A stretch of DNA of 56,893 bases, the filler included, from Platydemus manokwari (lineage: Eukaryota), in assembly GCA_037951405.1 (NCBI GenBank). It is 4 parts of 4 records of this genome, joined end to end, with 100 filler letters (N's around TTAATTAATTAA, not from the genome) between each part and the next. Parts side by side here need not be neighbours in the genome. Positions count along the whole stretch, not along the records: positions 1 to 13,098 come from JBBMOY011842500.1; 3 more parts are not named here. One strand, written 5' to 3'. How positions within the stretch are numbered: position 1 is the stretch's first letter; every line of letters begins with the position of its first letter. The notes under the pieces are model-generated. The model made no database searches, was not told the DNA's origin, and worked only from the letters and a program-made list of their open reading frames with translations. Positions 1 through 13,198 of this stretch are shown in pieces. The position numbers and the translations under genes are program-made.

Positions 1-157
1 AAATAGTAGCGGCTCACACAGATAATGTAAATATATAAACAATATAATAATATATTTTGCTATGACAAACATTACCAACCATGTAATGCAATCAATTTAA
101 AATCAAGAGAGTCTAGCGACCTAAAGATTTTAACAATCGATGAAGAGAATTAATTTC

Positions 158-313
158 CACTTTATTTCGTTATGAAAGCTAAATAGATAATTTTTGACTC
201 CCCAAAATGCCTTTGGACATTAGTTAGTATTTGTTAAATTAATTATCACTTTATTTTGTTAAAGAGATAAGTTTTGACTCCGTAAAATGCTTTTGGACAT
301 TATGTTGTATTTG
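158..313. repeat. Imperfect tandem duplication, two ~70-75 nt copies
   Basis: cactttattt...gataa.ttttgactcc..aaaatgc.tttggacatta..gtatttg at ~158-233 and ~248-313. Confidence 0.75.
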
Positions 314-1537
314 AGGAAAAAATTTATAAGGAATCTCTTTTGGGAGATTATTACAATTTAGACAAGTATAAAACTAAATGAATTTAGACTGATCCAAGAA
401 TGAAGTTCAACTTGAAATGATAATGTCCACTTATATGATCCACTTATATGAGTAGGAAAATTGTGATGAGGCAGTTCTCAAATATGGGTAAATTTTTATG
501 CAACAATATCGATCAATAAATTTGTTGAACAGTTAATTTGTGGTGAATTAATGTGCCCTGAAATAAGCTGTGTAGTTCTGAATTTTTCTGCTAGTCTTTG
601 ATTTGTGGGTTTAATTAGTCATTTTTCAGTCATTTGTAAATCACTACAGTTATTTTTCAAGTTCCTATGGTTATGTGGATTTATATTTTAGAATTTATGC
701 TGACATATTAAGTTGTCGTGGTAACGGGGGTTTCCTACAAATTAATAATTGCAAATAATATTTTAAAAAAATTAAAGAATAAATAATTATATATTATGAA
801 CATAAATAATATCACTCATTCAACCCAATTAAAAATATTATATGAATAATTATAATTAATAATAAACAAAATTAATAAATTAACTTCATTAAAACGGCGA
901 ATTTTTAATAATTTATTCATTAAAATTCATAGAAACTAAAAAGCGATTCAATTGAATTAAAATTCAATTTGTTTAGTCGAAATCAAAAACTAAATTTAAA
1001 TTTTTTTTAAAAACTGTAAAATAAATCATGTAATTTATTACAACATATTACTTAGAGCGAGTATTTAAACAAATAGGAAATTTTATTTACATCGATTCTT
1101 AATTTTGAAAATTGATTTCTCTTTTCCAGAATGCCTTTAGCAGCGATTTGTTGAGTGATATGGACAATATGATCCAAATGTTCTTCATTTTATAAATAAT
1201 CGATGTTGATGCAAAAATTTATTAAATATTTTATACTGCTCTACGAATTTAAAACGGGATTTATTTATTTAATATAATAATACGTGCTCGCTCCGAAGGG
1301 GGATTCAATAAAAGTTTTTATATCGAATATATGAATGAAATGTGTTTCTTGAATTCATCAATGAGTGAGTAGAAAGCAAACCCAAATATTAGGTGGTAAT
1401 GACAGTGAACTGCTATTTGTGTAACATAGAATTTGATTAATGAGATTTAGTGCACCTGTGATTTTATTACACTATAAATTTAATTATTAATCGATATAAA
1501 CTTGGTAATCATAATCGTGCAAATGAAAACCGGATAT

Positions 1538-1785
1538 GCACCCTGAAACCCTTGTTTTAACACATTAAAGGTTTGTATACCTACAGAACCATACAGATGT
1601 GACAATTTACCAATCACAGCCGAGTTAAATGGAAAATGACAATTGGAAAAAGAGACAGTCACACAACAACACTTACAGAGGGTTTGACCAATCCTACACA
1701 TATAAAAACCAATAAGCCCAATAGAAACATGGAAAAGTAAAGATCAAATCAAAAAGTTACATAAGCAGATTTCCAAACATAAATA
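1538..1785. repeat. Dispersed repeat family B, copy 1 (other copy ~48600-48835)
   Basis: Colinear shared blocks: cacc.t.gaaccct, gacaat..accaatcac, aaaaaccaataag.c.aa.agaaac, taaagatca.atcaaaa, atttcca.acataaat. Confidence 0.65.
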
Positions 1786-3170
1786 CCGATGTAAAGATGG
1801 CCAGCTGCCAGACTGAAGCCAAGTTTTGGTTATGAGTTGGGACATTGTATTAAATTACTTATTCGTATTGAGTAGTACACGTGTTATTGGAAGTGAAGTT
1901 ATTATGTAAATGTGTGATAGTAAGCAATGAAGCTATAACCTTTGAATTTTGGAGTCAGTAATGATTTGTTTATTCAGAATTAGATGCCAACAATATTCGA
2001 AATTATGTTATCAAAATTGCCATTAATTATTGGACTTAGTAGATCGATATCAAAACATATTGATTATTATTATTATTATTGGGTTGTAATTAATGAGTTA
2101 AATTTTTTATTTTGTACCGAGACATATCAGAATCGACAAATTTTCTAACCGATTCTGTGGCTCTCATAGAAAAAAACACACAAAAGTCTGTTGATAGGCA
2201 AAGCATATCATTTATAATCTTAACTTATCCTTCAGAAATGTATTCATATATTTCCTTCACTTATACGTCCATGTAATATATGTCAATGGATTGAATTGGT
2301 TTTAGGATTTCTCGCGACAATATTTGTATTTCAAACGAAACCCTGGACTAATTTCTCCAAACTTTTTATTTTCTTCTTTCATTGCGGGTGTGGTATATCG
2401 ATTGTGGGAACGAAATTCAATGAATATATTACAGGCTAACTAATTAACACGACAAGTACATTCAAGCAGCTCAGTGAGCATTTAATGGATTTCCTGTGAT
2501 AAATGAGAACTGAAATTGTAAAACATTTTGTGTTTCGAAAAATTATAATGAAACTTGTGATTTAAACACTGTTTTCTATACGCATGCGAATTGGAATTAA
2601 TCTACATCACAAAATCATGTGTTATTGTTGAAAATAATTTTTAATATATTTCACTTAAAACTTCATGAATTCTGTTACAATAATCAAAGTGGCGTGTATT
2701 GAAGAAATTAGAAAAACCAATTCTCGCAAAGTATTTATTAAAGAAAAAAGAATACATTATTGTTTTTTTTAATATTTCTAATTTGACCTAATTTTTTTAT
2801 ATTAAAGAAATTGTTGGTACAATAATTGGCTCAAATTAAAGAGTCCTAAAATGAAATTTTAAATTTGTTGAGTGTATTGCAAAATTCTATATAGTTTATT
2901 TAATATATTATATTCTTTAAAAATATTTTGAATTTTTTATTTAAGTACTAAAGATGAATATTAGTTGTTCGAAATCAATTATTAAATACACTAGAGCATA
3001 AAACCTTCTAAAAATTGTTTATTTGAAAAAATTAAAAAAGTAGGTCGAATTGCAATTTATTGAAAATTAGCGAGGACTCCTTTTTTAATATTCAAAGAAA
3101 ATTGACAAATATTTTCAATTTTTAAAATTATTTTATAAAAATAAGCAATGATATTATTAAAAATATCTGT

Positions 3171-3439
3171 AATTAACTAACTTGATTTATAATTATAAAC
3201 ATATAAAGTTATAAACTGAAACAATCATATAGAAGTGTTGTGCTTAGAATAGAAACTTGGTTTTAAAACTATGTTTTGTCACTATTAGACATCTTAAAAA
3301 TGAGATATTAACTGAATTATACGAATAAATCCAACATAGCGGTTATATATAAAATTAAGTTATAAAATTATCCCATGCGCGAAAATTCATTATAATGAAA
3401 GTAGGTCAAAGGACTCTTTTATTTTAACTTAAGCCCAAT
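3171..3439. repeat. Dispersed repeat family A, copy 1 (probable non-autonomous TE)
   Basis: aattaactaact.gatttataattataaa...aacttggttttaaaacta...gatattaactga...catgcgcgaaaat.cattataa..aaagtaggtcaaaggac...ttaacttaagcc recurs at ~20650-20895 and partly at ~37053-37246. Flanking similarity also at ~3040-3090 vs ~19950-20000. Confidence 0.8.
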
Positions 3440-6400
3440 AATTTATACAATAAATAGTTCCGTTGACAGCACTGTCTCAATAAAAAATATTGAAACAAAA
3501 CACATTTTTATGTATTGATTGATTTATGAGAAATTATTTGTTTATCGTTTTGAGCTTCTAACTTTATAGAAAGATTAAATTATGGTGACGTAAACTCCAA
3601 ACAATCCAGCCAGAGGAAGGAAAAATTGATTCGCGATTACCACAATCAAATAAATCACGTTCAGTTACATTCAGAAAAGCAGTGATCAACAATTGGTTTC
3701 GGAGCTTAATAAGAAACAATTATCGATGAATGAGTTGACAAATAGAGTTGAATAATAATCTGGAAATTATAATATGCTAACACTTCCTAATAATTATTGT
3801 CTAAACTTTATTCCTCTTTCTACTGATTTTATAGGATAATTTTTATTTTAATAATATTTTCTCATTTGTCACCTTTTAATTTATCTCACATCTTTGTATT
3901 TTATGTATTTTTATTTTTTTTTAATTATTTATGGGTTTTTTTAAAAAAATTTTCAAAATTATCAAACATGATTGTAATAGCCGTTTATGTATAACGTGAT
4001 TTTCTATTTTATTTTTAATGTTTCTTTAAATTATTCACATCACATTTTAATTATTGTTTCTTTTATTTTCTGGAAATGTTGTGTTTAGTATATTCTCAGA
4101 ATCACAAAAACTAATTTTGTTTTTTAAAATTAGTCATTTCAATTTATTTCGATTTTAAGGCCATGCTTTTGTGAAATGTCAAAAATTAACAAGGTATTGG
4201 CATTGATTTGTTTATGAATGTCCATCACTCAGTATTCAAAGCAATCTCAGGTATACAGTTTCGGGTTCTAGTTACCTGCAATATAGTGTAAACTCTCAGA
4301 ATTCTTGAGTTAAAAATATATTAACCGACTCGTGCTTTCGGTGAGACGTTAACCGGAGATAGTCGTAAATTTTTGAATATCTTAATTATTCTTTTTTGAA
4401 GGTTTCTAGTTGCGGGTAGTTAGAGATGAAACTCGAAATTTTTCTTCGATTCGTCTTTTTTAGGATGCGAATTCCATAGAAAACTGATTTAAACTTTCAC
4501 CACCTTTTTAATATGTTCGCCAAAATCGTAATAACGATTCTTGGAATTCAATGCTGTATTAATCTGATTGTGATCTTGATTTAGAAATTGATTTTCTTCG
4601 AGATTTTTCACCTGTCTTGGCCAGTCTGCTTTTGAACAAAAAATGTAACAAGATAAAGTCCACGCTAATTCTTCTACAATTTTATCTACTTTTTGTGACC
4701 TTGGGAAAGATTTTTCTGGAATAATTATATTTACCTCTCTAATGAAAGAGCATTATTATTTGCTATTCATTTTACAATATTTCGACTGTCAATTTAATAA
4801 TAAGCCTTTCTGATTCTTTTTTTTAAGTAGATAGTTGTTGCATCGTTTCCTGCTATGCAGATCTCTATGCAGAGGCTTACTTGAAAAACCAAAATCATCT
4901 GATCACCTTGTCAAAAGACTTAAATAGGAATTTGTAGTCGTGGAATTCGGATTTCATTGATTTTAGTAAATATCGAAATTTGTTACCTTCTTGTTTCCAA
5001 GTCAAACTAGCGCAAGCTCAATACCCAAAATTTAAAACAAAATTTCACATAAAACCAATAGATCGACAATGTAAATAACTTGGAGATTAAAAATCCAAAT
5101 TATTTAGAAAAATTAATATCAACAACCGAAAGATAAAAATCACCACAGGAATTAAGACATTAAAAGACTAACAGTTATCCTCGAAAGTCGACTTCTTTTA
5201 TAGATTTTTTGTGTGTTGATATGTTTTGTTAAATCTTAATTTTGCATTCGTTTGAACCATTATTACCTCATCTTTATCTTCGTTGTTTTCTTTTAGAATG
5301 TGAAAACTGATGATCGAGATGCAGTCAGACATTGAAAGTTTCAATTCATATGATTGGATACTGACATGTGTATTTATCATGGCCGCGGTAAAAATCCTTT
5401 AAAGGTTTTGTCCATTGTTTCCGTAGACATTTTTCATCGATTTTGTCACATATTCCGCAAAATGAACATTATTGAATTAAATAATAACTAAAAATTATAA
5501 AAAGTTTTATAGAAAATATTGATTGATATTGATAATAGATAGATATTTTTCTGTAATCAATAATAAAAGTATTATTACTTTTCCCTCATCAATAAATTGA
5601 TAAATTTGTGATGCAACAAGTACCTTTTGTTTTTGTGTGTGGAATTGTGAGCCTTATTGAATTACACTGTTTCCCAGGTTATTGAAGTGCCTGAGATATT
5701 TTGATTCTTTTTGAAGAGTTCTCCTTGAGTAAATGATGTTTTTCGATGTCGTTAGAAAGTTTGTTATTTTGGAATTCTCCCACTTTAAAGACACTGGCTT
5801 TCTGAGGGTGTTGGGAGAACAAACAGCTACTGCTAAGAACGACAAAGAAAGTCTGAATGACATCAATCCTCCAAGAGTCATATATATATAAAAGATAATT
5901 TAACAAAACATAATAAAGCACAAATATTGAAATCGTAGAATATCAATACAGCCGTTCTGGTAACAAAATCTATAATAAGCGATCGTATTGCTACTAAGTG
6001 GGTTTTTAAAAATTCAGTAAAATATTATTTTAAAAAACTATTAAAAATAGTTAAAGCGGTTATTACGAGCAGTGACTTGGCTTCACAAATAACGAAGTTT
6101 ATTTTCTGTCAATTCCAATGATAACTCATATTGGAACTGTAAACATGTCCTGATATCCTGATATCCCAATATATCATAAGTAATACATTAAAAAAACGAA
6201 TTACATGACATCTCTCTAAAGCTAAATTATATATTTTAAAAATCAAATTATAATATATGAGAAATGTATATTTGGTTACGGTGTTATTAACCGAGTTTAT
6301 CAGTATTGAATTAACAGCAAATCGCCTACATATTAATATTTTCTGTCAGCTAAGGACAAATTCTTACCACAATTATGATATACATAAAATAATTTACCTC

Positions 6401-9400
6401 ACCAGTGCCAAATTTCATACTGCAAACTTGGCATACGTCGCAGGAAATATTTATAATATCAGGTTATTTCTAAAAAGAAAAAATATAAAATAGATTATTA
6501 TCTTCTTCATTCAAATATGTGTCACTGCAATAAATGATAAACCTTATTGGAAGTGTTATTGGATTTCTAGATCCTTTTCTATTGCGTTTCTTAACTGACT
6601 TCATTTAATTGTCGAAATCAACGAATATTAATACGTTTGGGGAAAAGTCATTCGTTAATTGAACTACTTTGTAAAATAAATAGCGTGTTATAATAAAATA
6701 CAAAAAATTTAATGAAATCAAAAATTTTGAAATTATTATCAGAACACCCAAATAATTGATTTGATAATTTCTAAATCAAAATCAATACATTGATAAAAAA
6801 CGGTCAAAATATTAAAAAATTAAATGTTTCCCCGTGTGTTACTATTTTTAAATTGTTTTTAGGAATTTATTTTATGAATGTATTGCATTGGTCATAAATT
6901 TATATCGATTTTCTGAGGTGGATATATGATTACCAAACAGTATTAGATAAATATCTCATTAGCTCAACACTCATCCATAAAATCTGATATTAGTGAAGAT
7001 ATTTAAATCAATTTAGATGCCTACGACGAAACTTGGAAATTGATTTCGAGTTTAATCGTGTTTTATGTGGGATCCAGATGAATCAGAAATGAAATAGTCC
7101 TGCTAGTATTGGTTTTCATTGGGGAACCAATCATAGAAATATTATAAATGAAAATACATGATGTATTTTCCTGTCGACACAGGGGAAGTTTGTAGTAGGC
7201 GGTAGTGCTTATTATCCGGAATGAAATAAATAAAATTTCAAAAGGATATTTTGTAGTGAAAGTTTCAGAGCACATGTGTGCAATTATTTAGAATTCCATT
7301 GATTTCCTGGTCTCTTTATAATTTATTTATTTGTTTAAACTATTAGACAATACCCGTGCTTCTGATAATCATATGGTAGTTTTTCCGGTTATAGGACATT
7401 CTCAGAAACGAATCCAAATTCGTGGTCGGCATGTAAGCAGCTACTATTTTATAAAGCAGACATTGGAAACGAACTCAAAACTCAAGACACCGAATTATAT
7501 TTATTCAAAAAAATTAATTCAAATTACAATTCATTATAAATCCCTACAATTTTAACTTTTTTAATCACAGTTTAAAACAACAACCTCTTCAACTCTCAAA
7601 GACGGTTGAACCAAAATCATTGATTGTTGCAATCCATTCAATGATCCTTATAGTGAGATCTTCAGGCGCTTGTTTAAATAAAATTTATCAATATCACAAA
7701 ATTTGGTCCTGACAAGGGTACTTACTGGATAAACTGACAGGCAAAAACATTTCGTTTACTGAAATTTTTTATGGAACTCCATCTTTTTGTTGTAGCAAAA
7801 TCGAGTTTTAATAAGGGTAAGATTATATCTATAAATAGGAAATATTTATATGAATCCCAAATATAGAAACGGTTATAAATAATAGCTGAGAATACTATTT
7901 CCAGTAAATGAACAGGAGCGCATCTTCATGAGAATCATACTTGACGAATTTGATCATGTTTCAGCAAATTACGGCAAATTTCAACAGTGGTTTCAAAATT
8001 TTGGCTTTTTATAATATGATTCCATTATTAAGTGATAATGGTTTCTAATTATTATGATGTAATGGGTAGCTTATTTCATAAAGTGCTTTTGTATATAATA
8101 TGGGTTTAATAATCATATAATTCATTTTAATTTTATCATATATTTTATTATTCTATTATTGCATTCCACAGTATATTTTTATACGGGATTTATTGAACAT
8201 ATTTTTGTTAATTTATTGATATTATATATTAATGGATTTTTTCTTTATCGATGACTGTTCTATCCTAATAATAAAATAATAATTCATAAAAATATGCAAT
8301 ATCCATTTTGAACAACTTGAAAATATATCATCATTCAAAATAAAACAGCATCAAGGTCTATGTAATGGAAACGTGAATGTGACATGTATGATGTTGATGT
8401 ATGTTTGTTTTATTGCTTATTGATTAGTGATTGTGCTTTTGTCAGTTATTACGATCCAATTAAGCTCCCAAGGTGTGTTTAAATCATCAAATCAACATCG
8501 TAATTGTTGTCAATTTTATAATTATTCCTTACTGAAAGTCTTAAGGCTAACAGCCTTTATAGTTGTTTTATCTCTACAAATTGTGACTGATTTCTGACAA
8601 ACCAAAGCTTATATACTGTATTAACTTGATGAGAGAATTCGAAATATCATTAGCTCAAATCAATATATATGTCATGAATCAGGCTTGAGAATAATTTCAA
8701 AAAACCTGCTCATAGTTATTCCTGTGTGGCACCAGCAAAATTATATATTCACAAATTAAGAAATTTATAGGTTCTAATGTTTATTTTACGTCCGCCTGTA
8801 GGAAAAGAATGTTTAATTTAATGTAATCCCAGAATTCAACCAATAAAGAAGAAGGCAAAAAGAAGACCTAATTTGATGTTTACCGGTGTAGTGTAAATTG
8901 TGCGAACCAGCACAGTTGATCGAATGACTTAAAGAAATGAAAGATTTGTTTCGATAATTGGTGGTTGCCTTTAAATTTGCCAAAATATTAAATTCAGTTT
9001 TGAATATTATTGTAATGGGCACATCTCTAAGGAAATTCAAATTGTAACGCTGGCATTGATATAAATAATTTAAGCTATTTGTCGTTTAATGATTTCATAA
9101 TCTCTCATTTGTTAAATGAATTTTTTTAATAATCCTCAAATATACATTAAAACTATAATGTCCAATCATTGTTCACATCTTTATATGTTAATAATAAGTG
9201 CCTCATTACGTTTTTTTAGCTTGCTGCCTCTCCTACACCATATAAGAATCTGATAACTCTTATTGTCAGCAGTATAACAAGTAAATATATATATGATATG
9301 ATATGCTCAATGATGTTTTCATATTAATTATATTATCGAGACTCAAAACAGTCCGAAGAATTATGTTTACCGCTGGGAAATTAAATTTTTTAGCTCATAA

Positions 9401-11223
9401 AATTTGACTAGATAAATAACAAAAACGGTTTAGTTTTAGTTTACACCTTTAAATTCTCTTATATTACCTTATTATGATACATTTTCGCTTTATTTAATAA
9501 CTTCTTCCCGTTTATTAGGGGTCATCTTATGCATATGAGTTCACATCTATTGACATTAGATTTTCTCGGTTAGAAGAATTGAATGCCTTATCATCATATA
9601 TATATCAATACAAATAATTTCGATCAACATTTTTTAAATATTCCAAAGGCAAAAATTATTAATAAATTGATTAATTTTTCCTAGATTTGTGTTACCATAT
9701 AAGAGAATTAATATGTTGCTTTATATTTATTTTTATTCATTTCTTACTATGATTTATTGTAAATGTGTGACGATGATCGAAGCTTGAAATAATTGCCTTA
9801 TATGGCAATGAATTTGATGATCGTCAAGATAATAATTCCGATTCGATATTCACAAATACAACGAAGTTATTAGCAGAAGATCAACAATAAATAAACCCTA
9901 ATAAGAAATATTCTGATATTCAAAAACACCAAAACATACTGGTGATCCTAAATTGTTTTGTCGTTTATTGCCGTACTAAATTTTCCAAAGAAATAAATTG
10001 ATTTTCTAATTTTGAACAAACTATGTAGTTAAGCTTCTATATCTTGTATTCTTATGTAATTACATCCAAAAATATATTTAAAATTCTAGAGTCGTATTTT
10101 GAACTTAATTTTTCTTGATGATTCTCAGCGAATCCTTTCCGGCGATAGAAAGTAAGAAAATTTGAAAACAAAGGTATTCAAGTAGAGATTTTAGACTATA
10201 TTAATAAAAACAACGGCAATCATTTAAGGAACCATTAAGTTAAATGAACATATCTATCTATCTATCTCAGCTCGGAAAGACAATAAGTTGACGACTTAGA
10301 TTTATTTGATACAACAATTTACAAAAATTTAATATAAAAAACCAAGCCCTTAAACGAAGTTCTGTCAATTAAACAAAAACAAAAATATCGATGTTGAGAT
10401 TGGATAATTTGTTACTCTATCTACTATCATCGATCTCTATATCGATATTTTAATTATTTTCCAAACATACAATCAGCAGTGATTTTTTAAAAAAAGTCTC
10501 AACTCGTTATTATTATTCTTCATTCTTTTAGATCTTCCAAATATTTTGATTCAAAATTCATATGTGATTGCTGGAAATAATATATTCAACATATATATAC
10601 AACACGCATTCCAGATGGACACAATACGAATGCCTCATCTTGATATTACTGATATTAAATTTCATAAACCTTTTCTTTTTGAATATATACAACAGTATTG
10701 ACAGTCCTTTGTAATCCAACAAAACCATCTATTGTTACTACAATTGTATTACTATCCACAACGTAACATCTTGTACCAAGTAATTGGAGATGAAAATCGA
10801 AGTCTTCTAATACAAGTTTAATTCATTTTTAACATAAAAATTATCGATCATTTTCTACTATTTATTCTAAATATTATTGATCCACTCAAGCACATCAATT
10901 TTTATCATATTTACAAAACAGTCATTTAATTATCAAAAATTTTGTTATTAATAAACTCAACGCCGTGTAAATCGTACAAGACGTCCAAATAAATAACATT
11001 AAAATTCTGGGTTTTGCTATCTGTTGCCATCAATACTTATGTCATGACAATCATACACATTGATGTACAATAGGTGAAACTTTTAAGAACGACTTCTTTG
11101 CTTTCAAAATAGTTGAAAAATTCAATAAACATTTGATGAAATATTTGATACTGATTTTGAAAATTTATAATGAAATCTTACCTTTCAAAACAATTTAAAA
11201 GACATGCACACTCGCACACTCGC

Positions 11224-11246
11224 ATATATATATATATATATATATA
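11224..11246. repeat. (TA)n microsatellite
   Basis: Uninterrupted AT dinucleotide run. Confidence 0.9.
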
Positions 11247-12537
11247 ATGAAAATCACACACATACGTTTGCACACATGTATATTTGAAAGTTTTCTGATC
11301 ATATCAGTCATTATCTTCATTTCTCGTGAATAAATGCCAATTTGTTGAAATTTTATTTAAATGATCTCTTAAAAATCATTCGTATTTAAATTATATAGCT
11401 ACAGCTAAAATGGTTGCTATGGGAAAAAATGGTTCTACGAAGATCGATACGTAAAACTATGGAATTTATAGAGAAGATAAAATGTCTGAAGAGTGATAAC
11501 ATAGGTAATATATGAAGACAAAGAGAATTTGATAGAAAAAATATGGAGAATGAATAAAGAATGAAATGACGAGAGAAGTGATTAAAATCAAATATTTTAA
11601 AGTTTTATAAATAATTTTCATTCGTTTTAAACAAAATAATGATAAAAAATGTTTTTGAATAATTAGCTTGAATATTTTTGTTAAATATACTTTTTATGTT
11701 GACTTTCATATGGGTTTTAATTTCCATTTTGTGAATAGAAAATTTCCAGTTGGTAGACAAATTATTTTCAAGAATTAAAATGTTCAACATTAAAAGTCAT
11801 CTTAAAAGGTCATCTTGAGCACACTGATGATGATTAAAACAAATTTACAAATATCATCTAATTATACAGTCAATATTGATCGATAACATCTAAAATATTA
11901 TTTAAAAAAAATCGAATCCTAATCAATAAAATTTCACAAGGCTCACAGTTTTGATTCACAAGAGATTTATATTGTATAAAATGAGAAAGTCATTTACATT
12001 TCATACTTTCAGGAGCAGATCGATTAAATAGGTTGGAGTTCTTATAATGAGATTTATTGAAATACTCGAGATGCATTTGAGATTGTTTAGCACTCTATTA
12101 ATTCTCATTAAATTTTCAATGGAACTGTGGAAAAGGAATTGATTTATGCATATTGTTATCTAGACTGACATTGATATATTGTCTGTGGTTTTGTTTTAAT
12201 ACATAGCTAATAATCTACCGACGTAAATCCATCATTATTTATAGTTCTACAACGTCGCTTGGTGATTGTTTGATAAACAAAACCCAACAACAAGTGAGAA
12301 TTTTTATCATTGATTTTACAATTAGAATTTTTAAATTTTCTGAAAAATATTATTGATTTATCGTATAACAGGATTTATTGAATAAATATCGAGAAATAAA
12401 AACACAACAATCTATCGAATTATAATCGAATTAACTGCAAATTCTAGCCAATCAAATGTCAGGAAATAGGATATTGATAATGGATTTCTGAAACGAAATC
12501 TCATTTCTTACTAAATGATTGATACTATAATAATAAG

Positions 12538-12996
12538 ATGAACAGCGACAAAAGAGCATCATCGGCACCGAGTGTCATTGAATTAGCCATTTATCAACCG
12601 AACAGAAATGCCAAGAAGTCCATTGTCAAATATAAAACTAAAGACAAAGTATTGGAAACTCAAATCATTGGACCGAATTCGTCTCCATCATCAACGACAG
12701 TCAGATTTTCCAATTCACTGGATATCGTTTCCAGATCAAATTCGGGAAATTATCATCTATTTGTGGGAGATTCTCGGGTGAGAAATTTGTCATTGGTTTC
12801 TCATCCCGATAGTTTGGCCATGTTGTCATTGAAATTGAAAACCGAGCAATTGCAAATTCACATTTGCCGCATCAAAGTTCTGCTGGTGACAATACTTTTG
12901 AGCTTGGGTATTTCCATGATTTCGGTCGGACTTCATTTGAAAATAAATATTTCATCATTGAATACAATCGATACTGGATATTGGGCTGCTTTAAAG
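12538..12996 (+). CDS. First coding exon of a probable CD20/MS4A/sarcospan-like tetraspan membrane protein (partial; rest lost at contig break)
   Basis: 153 codons from ATG: Ser-rich hydrophilic N-terminus, one TM helix (VLLVTILLSLGISMISVGL), then IDTGYWAALK, which resembles the G-x-x-W motif at the start of TM2 in CD20-family proteins. Donor AAG|gttatt at 12996/12997. Possible 5'UTR intron at ~12294-12371. Confidence 0.5.
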
Positions 12997-13015
12997 GTTA
13001 TTATTAATAATGTTA

Positions 13016-13016
13016 C

Positions 13017-13071
<55 letters not shown>

Positions 13072-13098
13072 GTTATTGTTATTATTATTATTGTTATT
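13016..13098. repeat. (ATT)n microsatellite ending at contig break
   Basis: About 27 ATT/GTT units running into the N linker. Confidence 0.95.
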
Positions 13099-13198
13099 NN
13101 NNNNNNNNNNNNNNNNNNNNNNNNNNNNNNNNNNNNNNNNNNTTAATTAATTAANNNNNNNNNNNNNNNNNNNNNNNNNNNNNNNNNNNNNNNNNNNN
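13099..13198. other. Artificial contig linker (44 N + TTAATTAATTAA + 44 N)
   Basis: 100-nt pad with a central 12-mer that puts stops in all six frames; identical at three places. Confidence 0.95.

Noticed and set aside
330-3720. Scattered plus-strand exon-like islands (455-487, 1130-1154, 2306-2440, 3570-3685)
   Set aside because: Splice-like edges are present, but there is no recognisable protein and no unique phase-consistent model.
6900-7800. Possible decayed LTR-retrotransposon RNase H/integrase on the minus strand (TTKYPFEIL, LLQQKDG)
   Set aside because: Motifs are too short and degenerate to support without a profile search.
12997-13146. Poly-isoleucine tail of the 202-aa ORF
   Set aside because: It is the translation of an intronic ATT microsatellite and Ns.
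13143-13154. TTAATTAATTAA as a biological palindrome or piggyBac target
   Set aside because: It is centred identically within three N pads, so it is an assembly linker.
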